A program made the translations under genes and the position numbers. Below are positions 56,981-64,000 of a stretch of 64,000 nucleotides of DNA, one piece after another (the stretch's first letter is position 1; the number at the start of each line of letters is the position of its first letter). Source of the DNA: an uncultured Nitrososphaeraceae archaeon (GTDB taxonomy: Archaea > Thermoproteota > Nitrososphaeria > Nitrososphaerales > Nitrososphaeraceae); NCBI GenBank assembly GCA_963825865.1, contig CAWGVG010000028.1, positions 1-64,000 on the forward strand. The letters run 5' to 3'. The notes under the pieces are model-generated. The model was given only the letters and a program-made list of their open reading frames with translations, ran no database searches and was not told where the DNA came from.

Positions 56981-57565
56981 ATAAAATATCCTTTACTTTT
57001 TATCATTCACGAAAGATATGGTTCTAAAGGATGCACACACATTGTCACTGTGATGTTGATCTTTTTTACTATTATTTTTTAATATGAAAAATACCGCACA
57101 ATAAAGTAGGAAAGAGATATGTGCCGAGGATGAACAAAAGACAATTCCAAAGATGAAATTGGCACAGCAAGGCATGCGTCTATATATGACACAATGTCGA
57201 TTATACCATGCCATAGGGGAAGGCGAGCAAAGATCATACCTGATCAGACCCGTGGGCAATCTGATGTATTAAGACGCGGCACAACAATTCACGATAGTGG
57301 AAAAGAAAACGAAAGAAGCTGTAACTAAAATTGAGGAGAGGAAGCAATTTCAAGAGGTCGTACCAACAGCGATGTCAAATTTTGTATGCAGTAAATGCGG
57401 CAAATGACCTAGTCAAGGGTAAACGCTTTGTCCTTGTTCCTGAAAAATAGAAAAACAATACATGATTAGCCATTACTTACCTTACCTGATCTATTCTCTA
57501 TTATAGGATATAGGATAATCTCGTTACCCATAACAATATACTACCTACAGGTAAGTACCTTATAG

Positions 57566-57961
57566 TTAGTATATTGATCGCGGAACCTTTATTCCCTTGC
57601 TGTTAATTATGCAATATATTTCAGGTAGAGAATAGACAAAACCTACATGGACGCAGTCTGACCTTTCATCTAATAGACACTGCAATTCTGCATTTTGTAA
57701 TAATACTTCTGCAATTCTATTTCGTTTGTTGTCTTTTACTATAACTCGATTCTGATCAATGGCAAGCTTTTCCATAAATGGTGCGTGCTTGGCAAATGCT
57801 TCATACTTTATCATCATCTCCTCCATCATGCTAGTAAGATATCCTGAGAAGCTTGTGATACCTTTTAACTCTAATTCTTTTTTGTTTTTTTCATAAATTT
57901 CGAAGAACTTTTTATAGACGTTTTCGCTTACCGTGATAGATTTGAAGCCTGCCTTAGGCAT
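57566..57961 (-). CDS. Conserved RHH-like hypothetical protein
   Basis: MPKAGFKSITVSENVY N-terminus, CLLD..DCVHVGF C-terminus. Confidence 0.75.
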   Translation of the reverse strand: MPKAGFKSITVSENVYKKFFEIYEKNKKELELKGITSFSGYLTSMMEEMMIKYEAFAKHAPFMEKLAIDQNRVIVKDNKRNRIAEVLLQNAELQCLLDERSDCVHVGFVYSLPEIYCIINSKGIKVPRSIY

Positions 57962-58491
57962 AGTAACAGTACGGTAATGGACGGAATGATATAAGAGTTC
58001 TGTCTGTTGGTTCTGTCAAATCTCTGCATGTCAAAAATATGCTTGTCAAACTTGCATGGTATATCCCAAATTTTGAGGATGTAAGAGTTTATCAGTGGGC
58101 ATTTGTATTATATTCCTAGACGTGTATTGAACTTTATGTTAAATCATCCATATACCAGAGTTGTAGATTTAATTGATAATATTAAAAAGAAAAACTCACG
58201 TTAGTATTTTGAAGCTTCATTAATAGCCTTAGATACATATGTTGTTTCTGCATGAACAAGAGCATTGTCTCGTATTTCTATTAGTGCTAGCAGTGCTCGC
58301 TTTTCCTTGTCTCTTTAACCTATCTACAAGATTCTCGAATTCTTCCTGTGTGGAATCTCATTTGAGTAATTTCTGTTTCAATTTTTCTACAACATCATTT
58401 TTAATCAAGTTCTATCGCTTGTTCTATTCGCTATTTGTGTGTATATGTATATGTGGGAATGCAAATACTACAATCATCATTGCAGAATAGT

Positions 58492-60194
58492 ATGGTATGC
58501 CCCAGTCGCAATTCTCCCTCAGTAATTAATTATGGTAAGAGGGGCAAAAGAGTAGTAAAACAAATCATGCTCTACAAAGATTGTGGTAGACAGTTTAGAA
58601 AAGAGCAGGAGGATGTGTTTGCAAAATTACAAACTGACCACGAGATTGTATCTTTAATTTTATCTATGCATTGTAGAACCGTTAGTCCAAGAGGTATTTG
58701 TTCAGTATTACGCGAAACTTATGGTATTAAAGTGTCATACCAAACTATACACAATTACCTAAAGAGATTTGAAAAACTATTAACGGAATACATGAAAAGC
58801 TTAAAGCCAAAGTTTAGTGGCGCTGTTAATGTTAATGAACTCTATGTAAATGAATATCTATTTTCTGCATTAAATCCAAACACTAGTTATTTGCTATGCA
58901 CAGGGGTTGTTGCCTAATTTGATATCGCATATGGTGTCACCTTTATTCCCAGTTTGTTTGCACATTGTAGTCTGTTAAGGACTTCTAGGTTCCAGCCTAT
59001 TGATTTAATTAATCCAAATCTTTTCTGATTGTTCTTTAATCTGAATGTGCAGTATAGCTGATGACTGATGATGTTTAGTTTCTTCAGCTCCAAATATTCC
59101 TTCTATCAATCCTCTATAACGATATATTGATGCATTGAATATCTTTTCTAGCCTTCTTTCTGTATTTGTTCTTCTTACTACTGCTATTCTTGTTCTTGGA
59201 GTTTTTTCTCTGCTTGATATTTGGAAGCATGTTCATGTTAAACACTGACTGGAAGTTCTTGTTGCCATCATAAGCTCTGTCACCATTGAATGTTGAACCT
59301 GCAAAGTCTAATCTATATTTCTTCAATCTGTTTAGCATTGTTCGGAGTACTGGAGAATCGTGTGTTTTCTTACTGGTAAGTCGTGTATTAAGTATTATGA
59401 GATGATCAAGTATCCCTGTGATATGCCATTTCAGATACTGTTTTACCCTTATCTTTTCGAATTTCTTACTACTACTATTTTTGATAAATTGTACTTCGAT
59501 ATCTGTACCTGTTTGTCTCTACACCGGTGCTATCTGATGCGAGAATACCCTTCTTCCAGCCTGATTCTTTCAAACATAAATAAGCTGACCATATTAGTAC
59601 ACGTTCAAGATATATCAGCGGTATCTTCTTGAATGTACGTGATATCCATGTATGATTTGGATATGGCTCGTTATTCCATGGCAAATTAAGGAGGGGTACT
59701 ATATTCTGTATATCTCTGTACGTTGAACCGAAAACAACCATCAATATACAAATACAGACAAGTTTTTCCCAAGAATGAATTGGTTTCCTTCCTCTATTAC
59801 TGTTCTTCTTTGAAGTAGGAGGAGGATTTTCTTTGACCAGAGAAACTATATTTTCGATAAGCATATCTCGTTCTAGGGTATGTGCTAGATGGTAACACAA
59901 CCAGTAACCATCTTTCCTCTTGTGCTTGCAAGTCAATAAGAGGGTGCATACCCTTTCTAAGCTAAATCGAAAACCGTGAAATCATATTTACAGTCAATTA
60001 AAACGAATTAGGCAACAACCCCGCTATGCACAGTATTAACACAAAAGAAAGATAAGGGTGCTAAAGAACTATTCCGGAAATTAACACAGGCTACACGACA
60101 TAACAAAACTAATGAAAATATTAAAACAATAACCTCAGATGGACTCGTGGCATTTCATACAGCAATAAAGACAATGAGCAGATTCTCCCTATAA
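58492..60194 (+). pseudogene. IS6-family-like transposase remnant interrupted by a second IS
   Basis: Degenerate Zn finger, VSYQTIHNY HTH, VNELYV; frame resumes after the insertion with ITSDGL. Confidence 0.75.
58903..60022 (-). mobile_element. DDE insertion sequence (IS5/IS4-like), transposase frameshifted, 10-bp TSD
   Basis: Perfect 17-bp IRs GGGGTTGTTGCCTAATT / AATTAGGCAACAACCCC; TSD GCTATGCACA at 58893-58902 and 60023-60032; ASDSTG and GDRAYD motifs. Confidence 0.92.
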
Positions 60195-60303
60195 ATAACA
60201 GACTAAAACTTAGTAGTATGTTTTCATATATATGATGTTAAGGTATGCATCCTAAGATAATTGTTGTATCGACTTTATATCGCGTATCGTGCAACAATTA
60301 AAT

Positions 60304-60387
60304 ATGATTTGGACACTGATATACATAGTAATTGGTATTATTGTGCTTATACTGTTGCTGAGATTTCTTTTCCATCTTCTGGGTTAG
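60304..60387 (+). CDS. 27-aa single-TM peptide (MIWTLIYIVIGIIVLILLLRFLFHLLG)
   Basis: Clean ATG-TAG ORF that is almost entirely hydrophobic. Confidence 0.5.
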   Translation: MIWTLIYIVIGIIVLILLLRFLFHLLG

Positions 60388-60424
60388 TCAACTAATAAAA
60401 TATTATTGCGAGGTAAGGAAAGAT

Positions 60425-60689
60425 ATGATTGATAAGCTTATCGAAAAACTATTGCAAAATGTTACTTCTGCCTATATGCCAAAGTTCCAAAATATTGCAC
60501 AGACAAGATCTAATGAACTTGCTGATATGAAGGCAAAGGTACAGTACAAACCCAGAAGATGTTGAAGCATGGTTTGATAAAGAAATTGAAAAACTAAGTA
60601 ATGTGGATGTTACTGGGTTAATGGAGAAAATGAAGGGATCCTATGATGTGGATGTTACTGGGTTAATGGAGAAAATGAAAAGATTCTAG
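60425..60689 (+). CDS. Small helical protein with an internal tandem duplication (frameshift near 60545)
   Basis: Ends NVDVTGLMEKMKGSYDVDVTGLMEKMKRF*. Confidence 0.5.
60601..60679 (+). repeat. 34-bp direct repeat x2 (45-bp period)
   Basis: ATGTGGATGTTACTGGGTTAATGGAGAAAATGAA at 60601 and 60646. Confidence 0.9.
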
Positions 60690-60896
60690 GTATATCACAT
60701 CTACTTTTAAATACATAGATGGCTACTACTTGCAAAATATCCTTACCCCTTCCTAACAATCTGTGTCACAGAAAAATGTGGTTTGATACGTCAGACCACA
60801 ATTTACAGCTTGAATTCCTTACTTAAATACATATAAAGTTAGAAATTTCTGATTTCTAGAAAAACTAGGGATAATAAAAGACTCTACGGCTCTTCT

Positions 60897-61844
60897 GTGA
60901 TGGATCCGAGTGAACAGATGCATTCCGGGGGTAAACTAGACGATCGTAATAAGGCTACTTATTGTAATCAATGTAATAACGATACAGTAATTTTTGATAT
61001 GGTCTCTAGCGAATTTGTATGTAGTTCCTGTGGCTGTGTTGCAAGCGATAAATTTTTTAATAATGAACATAGTAATGAGTATTCTACTCAGTCTGAATAC
61101 AGCGATAGATCTAGAACAGGAATGCCAGAATCTTTAGCTATTCATCACAAAGGTCTATCCACCTTAATTGGAATGGGTGATACTGATGCAAGGGGCAAAG
61201 CTCTGGAACCTGAACAAAGAATGAAAATGCAAAGATTACGGACATGGAACAATAGATCCCAACTAAATGATTCTATATCTAGAAACTTAGAGAAAGCTCT
61301 AAAATTTTTGAATAACTTTGGAGATAAATTATATCTCAGTCAGGCAGTTTTGGAAAGTGCAGCATATATTTATAGAAAAGCTGCAATAAAGAAACTTGCT
61401 AAAGGTAGATCAACTCTTGGTTTGGTTGGAGCTGCACTTTATGCTGCGTGTAGAGAGACTGCAACACCAAAAACGATTTCTGATGTTGCGGCCGTATGTA
61501 ATTTATCTAGTAAGGACGTAATGTCGCATTATAAGTTGATATTAAGAGAACTCTCTTTGCAAATGCCAGTCCTTCATGGGCCAGACTACGTTACCCTGCT
61601 TGCAAACAGACTGAACCTGAGTGAAAAAATAAAGCGTGAAGCATTGAAAATATATTCTCAAGTACAGCAAAATAGAATTTCGATAGGCAAAAACCCAAGG
61701 GCCCTTGCAGGCGCCGTAATTTATTTAGCGTCGCAGAACTGCAACGAGTTCCTCAGACAGGTAGAGATCTGTCAAATAGCTGACATATCAACAGTCTCCT
61801 TGAGAAAGAGATGTAAAGAGATCAAAGCAACTCTCAAGATTTAG
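60897..61844 (+). CDS. tfb: Transcription initiation factor IIB
   Basis: Zn ribbon CNQC..CSSCG, SRTGMP, HHKGLST, two cyclin folds, GKNP. Confidence 0.95.
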   Translation: MMDPSEQMHSGGKLDDRNKATYCNQCNNDTVIFDMVSSEFVCSSCGCVASDKFFNNEHSNEYSTQSEYSDRSRTGMPESLAIHHKGLSTLIGMGDTDARGKALEPEQRMKMQRLRTWNNRSQLNDSISRNLEKALKFLNNFGDKLYLSQAVLESAAYIYRKAAIKKLAKGRSTLGLVGAALYAACRETATPKTISDVAAVCNLSSKDVMSHYKLILRELSLQMPVLHGPDYVTLLANRLNLSEKIKREALKIYSQVQQNRISIGKNPRALAGAVIYLASQNCNEFLRQVEICQIADISTVSLRKRCKEIKATLKI

Positions 61845-62795
61845 CGTATTTTTACTACGTATTGTGATAAATCTATAGCATTATGTATTGAGTGTAATTG
61901 TTTGCTGGATATTGATATATATGCAGCTTTGAAGTTCGGATATGCTTCTTTGGACGAAAACAACGTCATTACCATGCCATCATGATCAATTTTGAAGCCT
62001 TGGCAAGGTTCGTGTCCTCTGACAACGACTTTTGTTCCTGATATCTTTAACCATTTTTTAGAGATATTTATTCCAAAGAGTCTCCCCACACCTCTTTCCG
62101 AATATCTCCAATCCCGTTTATGAATTTGGTTCCAAGGGTCATTCCATAGAATTTCTTCCATTATTCGGTTATGGATATGATTGTCTTGGGCAGCAGCAAC
62201 GGACTTTCTTAAATCTTTAGTTAATCCTGCAACTTCGGTAGGCAGTCCTCCGTGAACGAGAAGCAAATGGTTTTTTATAACGGTTGTCAGTATAAGTAAT
62301 GGAAAAAAAGTCAATAACTTTTTATTATAGATCATCTTACCTAAGTTTTCACCATAATATTTGATAATTTTGAATGGCAGGTCGTGCGACGAAAACGGAA
62401 ATTCAAGCGGTGCTTCATGATTTCCACGCATTAATACGATAGAATCCTGGGAATTTTTGTTTTAAATAGCAGATTAAATATAAAACTCCGACTGAATCAC
62501 TTCCCCTGTCAACATAGTCACCTAAGAATATGATTTTGTTATGAGGATTGAGCAGGAATTCTTGGAAAGCAATATCTTGAAGAACCTTGAAAAGGGATTT
62601 GAAATCACCATGAATGTCGCCAATGATTATGAGATTTTCTGGAGTTCGCAGTTCGGCAACTCCTCCCATAATTTTCCCCCCTATAATACGACCAATTTGT
62701 CTTTCCTTTTGCAAGACGTTGGTAGCTGCATCAATGACATGAACAAAATCCGAAGCGTCTATGTTGAGAGGAGATGTTGCAAGGCCTGTAAGCAA
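61841..62795 (-). CDS. Ser/Thr protein phosphatase (PPP family), frameshift near 62440
   Basis: GDIHG, GDYVDRG, RGNHE, VHGG, LWNDP, RGHE. Confidence 0.93.
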
Positions 62796-62991
62796 TTATT
62801 ATAGATAGAATCGTCTACAAAGTTAAATATCTTCTTATAATAAAGAAAGAAGGAACTGCTCGGGCTCTTACTAATGGTATAATATTGGTTTAGTAAATAT
62901 ATATGCCTTGTTGACACAAAATTACTGACATAGAAATCTTCTAGGTTTTTTTTGGATTAGAAAGTATGTTTAGTATTAAAAGCGATACATT

Positions 62992-63315
62992 TTGAGTTAC
63001 TTTGGTCAGACATTGCCACTAAACGCAAGAGGTTGGAGTAATAGGGGATGGTTAGAGATAATCGAATTTATACTTTCAATGTGTGAGAATGGCGCTAGAA
63101 AGACTCACGTAATGTATAGATGTAATTTGAATTCTAAACAAATTAATGAATATCTGAATTTTCTTCTGGAATGTGAAATGCTCGAAAAGATACAGGAGCG
63201 TCCAAACTCAAAACGTTATATTTTTAAGACTGCTGAGTTGGGCAAAAAATTCATTGAAAGATATAAACAACTTGCAGAACTTTTTGGTAAGCCTCCTCCA
63301 CCATCACTAACATGA
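62992..63315 (+). CDS. Winged-helix transcriptional regulator (HTH_45/ArsR-like)
   Basis: NRGWLEIIEFIL...KTHVMYRCNLN...TAELGKKF. Confidence 0.88.
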   Translation: MSYFGQTLPLNARGWSNRGWLEIIEFILSMCENGARKTHVMYRCNLNSKQINEYLNFLLECEMLEKIQERPNSKRYIFKTAELGKKFIERYKQLAELFGKPPPPSLT

Positions 63316-63408
63316 ATATTAGATTTTTTTCGTTACTGTGAATAATGTTTCTATCTGATAGTTCCATTCACATTAAATGAAATGTAAGTTTAATTCTATT
63401 GTCCAGGA

Positions 63409-63705
63409 ATGAAGAATCGTAGTCGTTATGAGGTAATCGCAGCAATTCTAAAATCAGCTAGTAGGGAAGAAACGCGAACGAAAATAATGTATAAAGCCAT
63501 GTTAAGTAACGACCAGTGCAAAATCTATCTTGACTCTCTACTTCATAGCGGTCTCATTCAAGAAGTTAATAGCGGCAATAAAATGTTCTATAGAATAACA
63601 CATAAGGGTAACAAATTTCTCTTATATTACGATCAAATGAAAGAGTTATTACCTGTTGGAATAGAAGAAAACATCACAAATGAATACTATCATTTGAGTC
63701 CATAA
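63409..63705 (+). CDS. Winged-helix transcriptional regulator (HTH_45/ArsR-like)
   Basis: RSRYEVIAAIL...TKIMYKAMLS...YRITHKGNKFL. Confidence 0.9.
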   Translation: MKNRSRYEVIAAILKSASREETRTKIMYKAMLSNDQCKIYLDSLLHSGLIQEVNSGNKMFYRITHKGNKFLLYYDQMKELLPVGIEENITNEYYHLSP

Positions 63706-63710
63706 TATCC

Positions 63711-64000
63711 TTAAACTACAGACTCGAGTTTAATTTTTGGATATCCTGATGATCTATCCGTCACAATCGCGAAAAGATGTGTCCATGGAAGAATTGATTG
63801 CAAAAATAAGGTGCCATTCATTATTACGAGCTTCAGATGTATGTCATATGCTCCAGATAAGTGTTCTAGTATATTTTGAGAATGCTGGACTACTAACAGC
63901 GAAAGGTCAGTATTTGCTCTAATGAAGGGTATTATCTCCGTTTTATTAATTTGCCCATGTTTACGCATATTTTGATACATGTCTATGTCCATTATATTCA
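63711..64000 (-). CDS. 3' part of a hypothetical gene running off the window end
   Basis: Open frame to the window edge. Confidence 0.5.
   Translation of the reverse strand, partial: NIMDIDMYQNMRKHGQINKTEIIPFIRANTDLSLLVVQHSQNILEHLSGAYDIHLKLVIMNGTLFLQSILPWTHLFAIVTDRSSGYPKIKLESVV

Noticed and set aside
60601-60679. 34-bp repeat pair as a mini CRISPR array
   Set aside because: Only two copies, an 11-bp spacer, an in-frame coding duplication and no cas genes.

Overview
AT-rich archaeal chromosome segment, very probably from an ammonia-oxidising Nitrososphaeraceae (Nitrososphaerota/Thaumarchaeota). Support comes from the A-type ATP synthase gene order, TFB, GINS, the SepF-like gene, the BHB-intron tRNA and typical Nitrososphaera-like small families. 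Many essential genes (atpA, atpC, glnA, queC, rqcH, cbiT/L/F) are broken by single-base frameshifts, most likely long-read indel errors. The housekeeping backbone holds the ATP synthase cluster, RqcH, cobalamin genes, the archaeal modified mevalonate genes (AcnX large/small and UbiD), folE-queE-queC, glnA, GINS, dCMP deaminase, PAC2, SSB, TFB, a PPP phosphatase, tRNA-Val(TAC) and an intron-containing tRNA-Leu(CAA). The main accessory feature is a ~15.2 kb tyrosine-integrase element (5438-20598). It is bounded by 23-bp imperfect direct repeats and sits at a non-tRNA site between atpC and atpI. It carries a decayed P-loop replication ATPase, a C2H2 zinc-finger protein, microsatellites and two IS5-family elements. 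It also carries a 2.8-kb sub-module flanked by its own 24-bp direct repeats, encoding two HEPN-motif proteins and a coupled CxxC mini-ORF (candidate new defence or toxin cassette). Other notable items are a K-turn-bearing structured ncRNA candidate, an unannotated 43-aa ORF coupled to atpD, an IS end fused to a histidine kinase and a nested IS-in-IS. All calls come from reading the sequence by eye; no database searches were run.
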